From an uncultured Chloroflexia bacterium (lineage in GTDB: Bacteria; Chloroflexota; Anaerolineae; JAAYZQ01), in assembly GCA_963700285.1 (NCBI GenBank), contig CAVOXA010000010.1:1312001-1376000 (forward strand): 64,000 nt of DNA, written 5' to 3'. Shown piece by piece: positions 1 to 10,867 of this stretch. The notes beneath the pieces are model-generated. The model did not search any database and had not been told where the DNA came from. It saw only the letters and a list, made by a program, of their open reading frames with translations. Position 1 is the stretch's first letter. Every line of letters starts with the position of its first letter. Made by a program: the position numbers and the translations under genes.

Positions 1-492
1 GCCATAGGCAACCTCAACGACGTCCCAACCATCAACCTGATAGCTCTTCTCGTCCATAAGCTGGCCCTGGAGACGCTCATACCACCGCCGAGCCGGATTA
101 CCGAGCAAGGTCCAGAGCATGACAGAACTACATCCGCGTTCTATGAGCTTTCCGGCCGTCGCCTTGAGCAGTGCTGTCCCGATGCCTCTCCCTTGAAACG
201 GTTGGGCCACATGAAGGGCCAGGATCTCTGCACCGTAGCCAGGATAGATATCGTTCTGTACTTTGGCCAGCGCGTACCCAATCACCTGCTTTTCTGCCGA
301 CACAGCCACCAGAACCATGTCATCTGCACTCGCTGAGAGCAACTGGAGCCAATCCTGCTCTTGCTCATCGTAGCTGAACCGCGCAAGATATGTTTCTGGG
401 AACGAGCCTGCATAAGCCGCGCGATAGCTGTCAACCTGGACCTCGGCAATTCCACGGCAGTCTCTGGCATTGGCTTCGCGAATCTCAACCAT
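1..492 (-). CDS. GNAT family N-acetyltransferase (runs off window start)
   Basis: Manual translation from ATG 492 (alternative 507): MVEIREANARDCRGIAEVQVDSYRAAY...ILALHVAQPFQGRGIGTALLKA...NPARRWYERL; QGRGIG acetyl-CoA motif; absent from ORF track because no stop inside window. Confidence 0.85.
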   Translation of the reverse strand, partial: MVEIREANARDCRGIAEVQVDSYRAAYAGSFPETYLARFSYDEQEQDWLQLLSASADDMVLVAVSAEKQVIGYALAKVQNDIYPGYGAEILALHVAQPFQGRGIGTALLKATAGKLIERGCSSVMLWTLLGNPARRWYERLQGQLMDEKSYQVDGWDVVEVAYG

Positions 493-580
493 GAAATTGG
501 TTCTCATCTGTCGCCCTGGGCCTGGTGAGGCCACTGCACTTGTTTTCGCCAAGTCAGGCACCTGGGCGGGAACTCAATGG

Positions 581-2281
581 CTACCCTTCGTCCCAGATGG
601 CGTCCAATTCCTCGTCGGGCACGTCAAACACCTCGCCGTGGGGCGCCAGGGGCTCCTCCGCAAAAAAGCGCGGCAGGCGGTCGGTGGCGGCGGTCAGGCC
701 CGCGCGGCGGTTGAATTCGCGCTCGATGTCGATCACCTCCCGGCCCAGCTCGGCGACCCAGCCCGGCTCCAGCTCGGTGCCATAGGCCGCGTTCAGCATG
801 TCGGTCACCAGTTCCGGACGGCCGCCCGTGGAGCCCAGCAGAAAGGCGCACAGGCCCAGGGCGTCGTAGGCCGTGCGCGCGTACTGGGTGTTGCGCGACA
901 GCGCCACCTGCCCCTCGGCGCTGGTGGTGGTCGACCGGGGCAAAGATGGTCAACCCCGCCGTGTGATCGCCGCCCATGGGCGTCGTGGCAAAGGTCACGC
1001 CCGTGCCCTTGACGCCCCGCGGATCGTAGGCCGGCAGCGCCTGGCCCTTGACCGCCGGCACATGCCGCACGCCCAGCATCCGGCCAACGGTGGCCGTCCC
1101 CTGGCCCAGCAGCCGGCCCAGCACGGTGCCCTGCGCCGATCTCGCGCACCAGTTCGAGGGCCCGCTCCCCGTCGCCGAATTCCAGCATGCCCGCCTCGGC
1201 CGCGACGCCCAACGTCGCGCCGACCTCGATGGTGTCCAGGCCCAGGTCGTTGCATTCCTGGTTGATGCGGGCGATGGTGTCCAGGTCGCCGATGCCCAGG
1301 TTCGAGCCGCACATCACCAGGGTCTCGTATTCCAGCCGCGCCACCAGCCGCTTGCCCTCGGCGTCGGGCACAATGTTGGAGCACTGGATGATGCAGCCGG
1401 CCATGCACTGCTTCGGTGGGCGTGCCCTCGCCGCCGCGGGTCGTGATCAGGTCGTGGAGCGCTTCGCCCGAGATGCGCTCGGCCTCCTCGAAAGCCCCCT
1501 GGCTAAAGTTGCGGGTGGGCAGCGCGCCCAGCGAGTCTGGGTGATCATCACCGTGGATGCCGTGCCGTAGTTGCGCAGCACCTCCACCCGGGGGTTGCTG
1601 CTGACCGCCAGGTGAAAGGCACGGACGGCGGCTTTGAAGGCTTGCGCCGCTTGGACGCGGTCGCTGTCCCTTGCGTACCAGGATCGCTTTCAGTCCCTTG
1701 CTGCCCATCACCGCCGCCAATCCGCCCCGCGCCAGGAAGCGGAAGGGATCGCCCCGCATGTCGGTGGTGCACACCGCCGCCGCCGGGAGCTGCATCTCGC
1801 CCGCCGGACCGATGGCGATCAGGGCATAGTCGCTCGCCAAACTCGGCCTTGAGCCGCGCCGCCAGCGCTTCCAGGCGCAGTCCCCAGTAAGCCTCCGCGG
1901 GCAGGAAAGCGCACCGCCTCCGGCCCGTCCACGACCACCAACCCCGGCGCATCGGCGGGAAAGGTCCCCTCGACGACCAGCGCCCGCAGGTCCAGCCCGG
2001 CCAGCGCACCGGCCACCTCGCCGCCCGAGTTGCTCTCCTTGATGCCGCCCGTCAGCGGGCTCTTGCCGCCCAAGCGACAGCCGGTCGCCGCAGGAGATGC
2101 GCCAGCCGGCCAGCGGGCCGGTGGCCCACACCAGGATGTTGTCCGCCGAAAGCGGGTCGCAGCCCGGATCCACCTCGGCGGCCACCAGCTCGGCCGTCAG
2201 GCGCCGCCCGCCGATTAGTTCATCGCTCCGTGTTTCAATACGAGCCGTCTGGCTGCAGAGATCCACACGCAATAGCTTCAC
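581..2281 (-). CDS. Aldehyde:ferredoxin oxidoreductase (tungsten AOR family), frameshifted
   Basis: Fragments 995-2281, 1819-2073, 1548-2009, 805-1404, 624-1124, 581-943 join up: KSPLTGGIKESNSGG, RGGLAAVMGSKGLKA, EYET, GLDTIE, YDPRG, DRLP. Confidence 0.85.
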
Positions 2282-2338
2282 AGTTCCTCCGTTCTATCGC
2301 CTAGTCCAATCTTGGATACCTGTCAAAGAAGGTATATT

Positions 2339-2410
2339 CACCGCAGAGACAGAGAACGCAGAGAAAGCCCCAAAGATGTTTTAACCCTGTGTCCTCTGTG
2401 TCTCTGCGGT
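2339..2410. repeat. Intergenic palindromic repeat, CACCGCAGAG-type
   Basis: caccgcagagacagagaacgcagag...ctgtgtcctctgtgtctctgcggt inverted arms; related copies at 16510-16585 and 17366-17392. Confidence 0.7.
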
Positions 2411-2419
2411 TTCTATTAT

Positions 2420-3582
2420 TCAATGCCCGTCCCTGTTCATCGCCCGGGATGGTGAGAATTCGGCCAGCCTGGGATCCACCTCACTGCCTGAGACCAGGGC
2501 GGCTATCAATGTGCCGACCAGCGGCGTCAAGACGATGGTGCTCTTGAGCCCGGTAGCCACCACGAGGCCCGCCACCTCGTCCACGGCGCCCAGCAGTGGG
2601 CGGTTGTCAGGGACAAAGGCCACCGGAATGGCCCAGCCCCGTATGACGGCCGCCTGCTGCAGGGCTGGGAAACGCTCGCCCTTGCTTCGCGGGCGATGGC
2701 CGGCAGGGCGGCCGCGGTGACACGCCGGCCCAGCGCCTCGGTCACGAAGGCCGCTTCGCCGATCATGACGTTGCCCTCCGGACGCTGGCGCAGGCAAAAG
2801 CCGACCGCCTGCTCCGTCGATTCCTCCGTCGCCTCAAAAAAGGCCGCGCTGCTGATGGCGTGGCGGGCCAGCGGCGGAAGCGGCTCGGTGATGAGCGCCT
2901 CACCGTGGACCCAGCGCAGCGGCAGGTCCACGCCAGCGGTCAAGGCCAGGGGACGCGCCCAGGCACCGGTCGCCAGGACCACCCAGCCAGCCGCTGCCTG
3001 CCCCCGGCTTGTTGCTACACCGGTCACGCGCCCGCCCTGGACGCTGACCCCGGTAACCTCGGTGTGGGTCCAGACGTCAAGGCCGTGCTGCCGCCCGCGC
3101 AGGGCATAGGCGTGCACCAGCTTGAAGGGGTTGAGGCTGCCTTCGCCGGCGTGATAGAGGGCGCCGGTGACCAATTCCGGTGACAGGCAGGGTTCCAGGC
3201 GGCAGACCTCGTCCTGGTCCAGCAATTGGGCGGGTACGCCCGCCGCCTGCAAGCGGGCCGCACGCTGTTCCATGACCGCCCACTGCTGCTCGTTCTCAAT
3301 GAGCAACAGAGAGCCGGCCCGCCGGAAGTCCAGATCGGTTTCAAGCTCGGCTTCCAGGCCGGAGCACATCTCACTGCCCTGCAGGGATAGCTCCAGGCTG
3401 AGGCCGAACTCGCTGTCCTGGATCTGCACATTGCCAAAGTTCGCGCCCGAGGCCCCCGAGGCCAGGTCTCCCTGTTCGATAAGCAGCGTGCGCATCCCGC
3501 TCCGGGCCAGGTGGTAGGCCGCGGCACTGCCGATCAGGCCGCCGCCCACGACCACCACGTCCCAGCTTTGGCCTGTCATCAA
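2420..3582 (-). CDS. FAD-dependent oxidoreductase, DAO/glycine oxidase family (HcnC/OoxB-like), one frameshift
   Basis: DVVVVGGGLIG dinucleotide motif, GASGANFG; C-terminus continues in ORF 2420-2797 (PDNRPLLG). Confidence 0.85.
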
Positions 3583-4981
3583 GCGCCTTCCTCAGCCAGG
3601 CCGCCGAGGGGGACAGGAACAATGGGCGGGCGCGGCGTCGACTGTCCGGCCGCTTCCACCGGCTGGTCCAGCTCCCGGGCCAGCAGCTCGGCCACCGAGC
3701 TACCACACATGCGCCCCTGGCAGCGGCCCATCCCGGCCCGCGTCAGCATGCGGATGGCGCTTACGGTCGTGGCGCCTTCTTCGACCGCCCGGCGGATCTC
3801 GCCCACCGTGATCTCCTCGCAGCGGCACAGCACCGTGTCGTCGGTCAGCAGCTCGGCCAGGTGCGCGGAGGTCGGAAAGAGGTCGTCCAGCACGGCGGCA
3901 AAGCGCCGCTGGCGGGCCAGGGCCTGCTGCACTTCGCGAGATCCTGCCGGCGGACACGTCCCGGCCCAGCTTTCGGGCGGCGCTCAGCGCGGCCAGCCGT
4001 CCTTCCCAGCTGGGCGACGTCTTTGCCGCCGATGCCCGCGCCATCCCCGGCGACATAGAGCCCTTCCAGCGTCGTCTGCAGTTCCTCGTCGCGCACCGGA
4101 ACGTAGGCCCGCTGTACCGGCTGGTAGCGGTGCTCGCAGCCAGCCAGGCGCGAGAGCTGGACGGATGGCGTGAAGCCGTGGCCCAGGCAGATTGTATCAA
4201 CCGGCACGGTTTCTCCCTCCGGACCGGCAGTCTGCCCACCGCCAATCTGCCTCCTGGCAGACCCGATGACGGCCTGTTCCACCCGGCCGTCGCCCTGGGC
4301 GCGCTGCACCCAGTGGCTCCAGCGGATGCCCACACCGGCTTTGCGCATGGTCCGGAATGCGTCCCACCCCTCCCCCAGGCGCTCCCATTGGCCCCACACG
4401 GCGCCGGCGTGCCGCCAGCCGCTCCAGGGGAAGGGGTTGGCGTCGAGGACGCCTGCCAGCTCGGCCCCGGCCTCGATGAGATGGCGGGCCAGGACCAATT
4501 GCAGCGGGCCCGTGCCGCTCAGCAGGATCCGGCGGCCGGGCAGCAGGTGCTGGTGCTTGACCATGGCCAGTGCCGCGCCGGCCGTCATCACCCCGGGCAG
4601 CGTCCAGCCGGGGAAAGGCACCGGGCGATCGTAGGCGCCGGGGGCCAGGATGACGGTCTGGGCTGCGAGCCTGCGCGGCGTGCCCGGCGGCCCATACAGA
4701 CAGAGCATGGTTGCGCCATCCTCGGGGAAAATGCCCCAGACCGACGTCCCGGCCAGCAAGCGCACGCCCTCCTGGTCCGCAGCGGCCAAGAGCTGCCGGG
4801 CGCTCTCGTCGGGCGCTATGGTCTCGCCCAGCTCGGGAGGCGTTTGTTTGTAATACTGCCCGCCGGGCAGCGCAAAGGCATCGACGAGGGTCACGGACAG
4901 GCCCAGTTCTGCGGCCTGCGCCGCGGCGGCCAGTCCGGCCGGCCCGGCGCCGACCACGGCCAGCGCTATCGACTCAGTCAT
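3579..4981 (-). CDS. FAD/NAD(P)-binding oxidoreductase with C-terminal BFD-like [2Fe-2S] domain (HcnB/OoxA-like), one frameshift
   Basis: VVGAGPAG, ILAPGAYDRPVPFPGWTLPGVM, AGDG; C-terminus CRCEE...RAGMGRCQGRMC in ORF 3579-3932. Confidence 0.85.
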
Positions 4982-5330
4982 GGTCCTGGCCTCCTGTTGC
5001 CACACCGCGCTCGCTGGAGGTTGCCACGCTGCGCTCGCAACGCAGTCTCGATCACCATCCCCTCTGCCACGGGCGTCATGCAGGCCCGCACGTTATCGAT
5101 GCCGTCGATGGTGACCAGGCAGTCAAAACAGACGCCCATGCCGCAGTAGAGACCGCGGGGCGCGTGCTCTTTCTCGGTGTGGCGGAAGGTACCCGCCGGC
5201 CCAGGGCCAGCAGCACGGTGGCCACCGACTCCCCGGCAAAGGCCGCTACCGGCTCGCCGTCGACCACGACAGCCAGCGGCTGTCTGGCCTCCAGGGGGCC
5301 CAGCCTTCTTTTATCTTTGGTGGTGCTCAT
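4978..5330 (-). CDS. Small [2Fe-2S] subunit (HcnA/sarcosine oxidase alpha N-terminal-like), frameshifted
   Basis: VDGEPVAAFAGESVATVLLA, then in another frame RGLYCGMGVCFDCLVTIDG..NVRACMTPVAEGMVI; stop overlaps next start. Confidence 0.8.
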
Positions 5331-5355
5331 TTCACGTTACTCCGTGAGACGAATC

Positions 5356-5437
5356 AGACCTGACAGGTCTCCTGAAATCTCGACGCCGGTCGGTTCTGTC
5401 CAAAACCTGAGGTCCACTCGCAAGACCTGTCAGGTCT
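5356..5437. repeat. REP-like doublet AGACCTG(A/T)CAGGTCT
   Basis: 15-bp palindromes at 5356-5370 and 5423-5437, same as those flanking the transposase at 22072. Confidence 0.8.
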
Positions 5438-6573
5438 GGCAAAACCGGCCCGGCGCAAAGGACGCCAGATCCACAGGCGGGCTCTCGCCCAGTATCATAT
5501 CCGCCATCCACTCGCTGGCCACCGGGACGGCGGTGATGGTCTCCAAAAAGGCTGCCGCCACAAAGAGGTTCTCCCGCTCTGGCAGCCAGCCGACCAGCGG
5601 CTCGTCGTCGGGCGTGAACGACGTGGGAATGCCCCAGGCGCGCAGAGCCCGCACGCCAGCCAGCGCGGGATAGAGCTTGACCAGATCGGCGGCCATGCCG
5701 GCCATGCCCCAGGAGCTGGTCCTGCGATGCAATTCGGGGGTCTTGGCCACCGCTTCGGTGACCACCAACGCCGCCATGCAGGTCCGGGCTAAAGCCGACG
5801 GCGACCGCCTGGTCCCGGCCGTGGATCCGCTCGTAAAAGTCGGCCAGTTCGATGGTGTTGTTCAGGGCCAGCGACACCGGCTCGGTGACAAAGGCTTCGG
5901 CGTGGGTGTGGCTCAGGGGCACGTCGGCGCCGGCCAGCCGGGCCACCTGGGGGGTCCAGGCGCCGCACATGATGGCCACCCGGGCGGCCTCGTACCACTC
6001 GCCCCCGGCCTCAATGGCCGCCACCCGTCGCCCTCTGACGCGCATGGCGGTGACCGGTGTCTGGGGCAGGAGCAACGCGCCGTACCTCCGGGCAGCCTTG
6101 GCGTAGGCCCAGCAGAACAGGAAGGGGTTGAGCAGTCCCTCGACGGCATAGGCCGCCCCCATAAAGCCCTCGGTGTTCAGGTGGGGTTCGGCCTCCTGCA
6201 GCGCCGCCCGGTCCAGAACCTCGGTGGGGATTCCGGCCGCGGTCAGGACCTCGGCGCGCGCTACCCAATCGTCCCACAGGTGCTGCGCGTTGATCAGGGC
6301 CAGAAACCCATTCCGCCGCCACTCGAAGGCGGTGCCTAGTTCCTCTTCCAGGGTCTCCAGCCGGGCCAGCCCCTCGAGGATGAGGCGGATGTTGAGCGGA
6401 TCGAGGTGTCCTTCGGCCACCTGGGCGCGCCCGCTGCAGGCAGCGGATGAGCCCCCGCCCAGATCACCGGCCTGAAGCAGCAGAATACGCGCTCCCTGCC
6501 GGGCCAGGTGGTAGGCGCACGATAGGCCCAGCATCCCCCCACCAATTACGATGACGTCGTAGCTGTCGGGCAT
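5430..6573 (-). CDS. FAD-dependent oxidoreductase, DAO family, one frameshift
   Basis: MPDSYDVIVIGGGMLG; C-terminus in ORF 5430-5777 (FTPDDEPLVG). Confidence 0.85.
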
Positions 6574-6590
6574 GGTTCCTCCCTGCGCGG

Positions 6591-7949
6591 CTATGCCCTG
6601 CGCGGCTGTGCCGCGGGCAGCATCGCGTCGGCGATGTCCAGCGCCTCGTCGAGGATCTGCAGCCCGTCGCGCAACTCCGTCTCGTTGATGCACAGGGGGG
6701 GGATGGGGAACAGGTGGTTCCACTTGACAAAGCAGTGCATGCCCCGTTCCTGCAGGGCCGCCGACAACTGCGGCGCGACCTGGGCATCTTCTGGCGAGGA
6801 GGGCAGTCCCGGCAGCGGCGCCAGCGGCTCCTTGGTCTCCCGGTCCTTGACCAACTCGATGGTCGAAAAGAGGCCAATGCTGCGCACGTCACCCACGCTG
6901 GGGTGCTTGTCCATGATCTCTTCCAGCCCCTCTTTGAGGATCAGGCCCATGGCCTTCGCATTCTCGACCAGCCCCTCATCCCGGTAGACCTCGATGGCGG
7001 CCACGCCGGCGGCCACACCAATCGGGTAGGCCGAGTTGGTCAGGCCCATGGGCAGCCGCCGGTCCTGCCAGTGGTCCGCGAGGGTGCGCGATACCAGCGT
7101 GCCTCCCAGGGGAACATAGCCCGAGGTGATCCCCTTGCCCATGGTGATAATGTCCGGTTCGATGCCCCAGTGGTTCACGCCGAACCACTCGCCGGTGCGC
7201 CCAAAGCCGCTCATGACCTCGTCGGAGACGAGCAGGATGCCGTACCGGTCGCAGATCTCGCGGATGCGCGGCCAATAGTCGTCGGGCGGGATGATGAGCC
7301 CGTTGCTGCCGGTGACCCCCTCCAGCACGATGGCCGCGATGTTGTCCGGTCCCTCAAACTGGACCACCTGCTCCACGTGGCTGATGCACTCGCGGTGGCA
7401 GGTCTCTCGCGTCCAGCCAAAGGGACAGCGGTAGCAATAGGGATCCATGAAATGCACCACGCCCGAGATCAGCGGCTCGACCGCCAGACGGTAGGGATCG
7501 CCTGTCAGGGCCAGCGCGCCGGCCGTCGCGCCATGGAAGGAGCGATAGCGCGACAGGAGCTTGTGCCGGCCGGTGTAGAGGCGGGCGAACTTGATGGCGT
7601 TCTCGTTGGCCTCGCCGCCGCCGGTGGTGAACAGGGTCTTGGTCATATCGCCGGGCGCGATCTCGGATAGCAGTTGGCCCAGCCTCGCCCTGGGCTCGGT
7701 GGCGATCCCGGGATAGGCGTAGGCCATCGTCGCCGCCTGTTCCTGGATGGCGGCGATGATCTTTTGGTTGCCGTGCCCGGCATTGACGTTCATGAGCTGG
7801 GACGAAAAATCCAGGTAGCGCTTGCCATTTGCATCCCAGAAATAGACGCCTTCGGCCCTGGCCGCAGTGAGCGGCTTGACCTGGCTCTGGACGGACCAGG
7901 TGAAAAAGCTGTGCGCCTTGCTCAGGTTGATGATCTGTTCTTGATCCAT
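6591..7949 (-). CDS. Class III PLP aminotransferase (taurine/omega-amino acid type)
   Basis: AEGVYFWDANGKRYLDF, LVSDEVMSGFGRTG, PDIITMGKG; GGAG RBS upstream of ATG 7949. Confidence 0.9.
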   Translation of the reverse strand: MDQEQIINLSKAHSFFTWSVQSQVKPLTAARAEGVYFWDANGKRYLDFSSQLMNVNAGHGNQKIIAAIQEQAATMAYAYPGIATEPRARLGQLLSEIAPGDMTKTLFTTGGGEANENAIKFARLYTGRHKLLSRYRSFHGATAGALALTGDPYRLAVEPLISGVVHFMDPYCYRCPFGWTRETCHRECISHVEQVVQFEGPDNIAAIVLEGVTGSNGLIIPPDDYWPRIREICDRYGILLVSDEVMSGFGRTGEWFGVNHWGIEPDIITMGKGITSGYVPLGGTLVSRTLADHWQDRRLPMGLTNSAYPIGVAAGVAAIEVYRDEGLVENAKAMGLILKEGLEEIMDKHPSVGDVRSIGLFSTIELVKDRETKEPLAPLPGLPSSPEDAQVAPQLSAALQERGMHCFVKWNHLFPIPPLCINETELRDGLQILDEALDIADAMLPAAQPRRA

Positions 7950-8027
7950 ATTATCTCCTCCGTAGCTCAACCTCCCGCAGGTTGGACCGACTGTCCGCAG
8001 TCGGCATCTGCAGGAGGTTCGCTCTGT

Positions 8028-8771
8028 CTAGTCCAAGATCCCAGCGATCCGGAAAAAGTTGGCGATTAGCTCGCGCCCGGCGACTTGGGCCTGTGGATGC
8101 CCTTCAGGGTAGACGAGGTTCACCAGCGGACTGCGGCGGTCATTGGCTGTCTCGGTGTAGCCCTCGGGGTGGAATTGGGTGGCATAGACCGGCTTGTCCA
8201 TCTGTCTCAGCACCTGGATCCGGCAGTCCTGGCTGGAGGCCAGGACCCGAAAGCCCGGCGGGACCTCCTTAACTTCGCAATAGTGGACCTGCAGGAATTC
8301 CGGCGACGCGCCCAGCCCATCAAGGATGGGGTCGGCTTCCACCACGTCCACGGTCATAAAGCCCCACTCCTTCAGGTACCCCGGCGCGGACAAGTCTGTC
8401 ACGTCGGGCTCGCCCGGCCCCAGGCGGCGCATGGGCGCCACCGTTGCCCCGTAGGTCATGGCCGCGAGCTGCAGGCCCCCGCAGAAGCCCAGGATGGGCC
8501 ACCGGGCGCCGCGTATGATCTCGCTCAACCCGGCCAGATCCTCCTGGTCATAGTACTGCCAGTCGGTGGCGTTGCCGCTGATGAGGATGGCCTCAATCCC
8601 CAATTCCTGCAAGCGCTCCTGCGTGACGTCCTGGTAGCGCTGCACGAGGCAGGGCCGGCCCGTCATCGCCTCGACCTTTAGCTTTACGTCCATGCAGTAG
8701 GCCAGGTGGCTTGCCCGGGTCTCGGGGTTTTCCAGCCAGCGCTCGTGCTCGAGGCTCACAAAACAGATCAT
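8028..8771 (-). CDS. Class I glutamine amidotransferase (GMP synthase GATase-like)
   Basis: PILGFCGGLQ nucleophile elbow and QFHPE. Confidence 0.85.
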   Translation of the reverse strand: MICFVSLEHERWLENPETRASHLAYCMDVKLKVEAMTGRPCLVQRYQDVTQERLQELGIEAILISGNATDWQYYDQEDLAGLSEIIRGARWPILGFCGGLQLAAMTYGATVAPMRRLGPGEPDVTDLSAPGYLKEWGFMTVDVVEADPILDGLGASPEFLQVHYCEVKEVPPGFRVLASSQDCRIQVLRQMDKPVYATQFHPEGYTETANDRRSPLVNLVYPEGHPQAQVAGRELIANFFRIAGILD

Positions 8772-9905
8772 AGGATCCCCTCCAATAGGCGCTGGCAGTC
8801 GCCGGCCGTCGCCGGCCGGGGATTATTCGGCAGCAGGACCATGCGCGATGCCTCCTCGGCCATGGCCGGCAGGTCCGGGTCGCTGATCCCGAGCTGGCTC
8901 AGCGTCGACGGCAGGCCCAGATCGCGCATCCAGTCCTTGACCCCGGCGACCGCATCCTCGTCGGTGATGGAGGCCGGCATGCCCAGCGCCTGCAACAGGG
9001 TGGAGCGCTTGTCTCCCAACGCGGGCAGGTTGTAGGCCAGGCCCTGGGGCAGCAGCAGGCCGACACACAGGCCGTGGTGCAGACTGTAGCGACCGGCCAC
9101 AGGACCTGCCACGGAGTGGATGATGCCCAGCCCGCTCTGGTCGAAGGCCAGTCCGGCCATGGCGCTGGCCAGCATCATCTCCTGGCGTGCCGCCAGATCG
9201 TCCCCCTGGTGCGTAGCCCGGGGCAGGTTCTGGTAGGCGCGGCGCAGGGCGTCCAGCGCCAGGGCGTCGGTGATGGGATTGGCCCGGCGGCCCACGTAGG
9301 CCTCCAGGGCGTGGCCAACGACGTCGACGCCGGTGGCCGCTGTCAGGTGCGCCGGCAGGCTCAGCGTCAGCGCCGGGTCCAGGACGGCGGCCCGGGCAAA
9401 GAGGTGGGGGCTGAGCACACCCTTCTTAAAGCGCGTCTCCTCGTCCTCGATGACGGTCACCTTGGTCATCTCGCTGCCGGTGCCCGCCGTGGTCGGCACG
9501 GCCACCATGGGCAGGATGGGCCGGGTGATGGGCCGGCCCCCGAACTGGTAGTCGGCATAGCATCCCGCCGTTGGTCAGCAGCAGCCCCGCGGCCTTGCCC
9601 ACGTCGATGACACTGCCGCCCCCCAGCGCCACCAGGGCCTGGGCATCCGCCTCGCGCGCCAGCTCCAGCGCCGCCTCCACGTCGCGCACAGTCGGGTTGC
9701 CCTGGACCTGGGCAAAGGTGGCCACCTGCCAGCCCTCCGCGCGCAGGGTCCCGACGATCTGGTCGACGAGGCCGATGGCGGCCAGGCCGGCGTCACTGAG
9801 AACTAGCACCCGCTCGACCCCAAGCTCGGTCAGGGTTGCGGGCAGGGCGGTGGATACCGGCTGGCCAAAGACCAACTTTACGGGCGAGTAAAAGCCAAAT
9901 TCCAT
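8768..9905 (-). CDS. Iron-containing alcohol dehydrogenase, one frameshift near 9560
   Basis: GNPTV, ALGGGSVIDVGKA, VPTTAGTGSE, HGLC. Confidence 0.88.
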
Positions 9906-9907
9906 CA

Positions 9908-10867
9908 TCATCCTCTCTCCAGGGTTTGGGATCCCCAGTGTTCTTCCAGGGCAGCTTCGACCTGCCGGCGCGTCGGGATGCCCGCTCGCCCGCCCAGCTC
10001 CTGGCACTTGAGGGCGGCCGTGGCGGCGGCAAAGGCCAGGCACCGCCCGGCCGGCCAGCCCTGCAGGTAGGCGTACAGGTAGGCGCCATGGAACACGTCG
10101 CCCGCGCCGGTCGTATCCACCACGTCGACGGCCAGGGCGGGCTGGTGGATGGGCTGTGGAGCGGAACGCAACGCTGATTCCCAACACCAGCAGCCCCGGA
10201 CCCCGTCGGTGATGACCACCTGGCGCGGGCCGTAGGTCTCCAGCAGCGCGGGCCCGGCTTCCAGCGGATCGGCAAGGCCTGTGTGCTGCTCCGCAAACCG
10301 GCGGGCGACAACCATCAGGTCGACCAGGGGCAGCAGGGTATCGGCCCCGTCCCATTCTATCCCAGCACCGCCGTCAAAGGACACCACGACGCCGGCCTGG
10401 CGCGCCATCTCTGCAGCGCAGCAGGCGGCTTTGAGGTGGACACCGTCGAGGTGCAGCGCCCGCGCCGAGGCGATCAGCGCTGCCGGAACCTCCTCTGGCG
10501 CCAGATCCCGCAGTTCGCCGCGTTCGTACAGGATCGAGCGCTGGCCCGTGGGCTGGTCGACGAGGATGACCGCCGCCGGCTGCTCTCCATCCGTGCGCTC
10601 TGGCGCCTGGCTCGTGTCCACCCCGTGGGCCTCCAGCCCGGCCCGGGTGAGGGCGCCCCAGGTTGTGGGCGCGATGGGCCCCAGGTAGGCCGTCGCAGCG
10701 CCCAGCCTGGCGGCAGCCACCAGGGCGGTGGCCACCGGCCCGCCGCCCTCCAGGAGGATGCGGCGCGCCTGGAATACCTCGTCCTGCCGGGGCAGGCGGG
10801 GGACCAGGGCCATGATATCGATGGTGGCCAGCCCCAGACCCACAATCTCTACCGCGCCGGACGTCAT
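9908..10867 (-). CDS. PfkB family carbohydrate kinase
   Basis: GGPVATA, VVDTTGAGDVFHGA signature. Confidence 0.9.
   Translation of the reverse strand: MTSGAVEIVGLGLATIDIMALVPRLPRQDEVFQARRILLEGGGPVATALVAAARLGAATAYLGPIAPTTWGALTRAGLEAHGVDTSQAPERTDGEQPAAVILVDQPTGQRSILYERGELRDLAPEEVPAALIASARALHLDGVHLKAACCAAEMARQAGVVVSFDGGAGIEWDGADTLLPLVDLMVVARRFAEQHTGLADPLEAGPALLETYGPRQVVITDGVRGCWCWESALRSAPQPIHQPALAVDVVDTTGAGDVFHGAYLYAYLQGWPAGRCLAFAAATAALKCQELGGRAGIPTRRQVEAALEEHWGSQTLERG

Noticed and set aside
581-5800. Programmed frameshifting or mass pseudogenisation
   Set aside because: Scattered single-base indels without consistent slippery sites; most simply long-read consensus error
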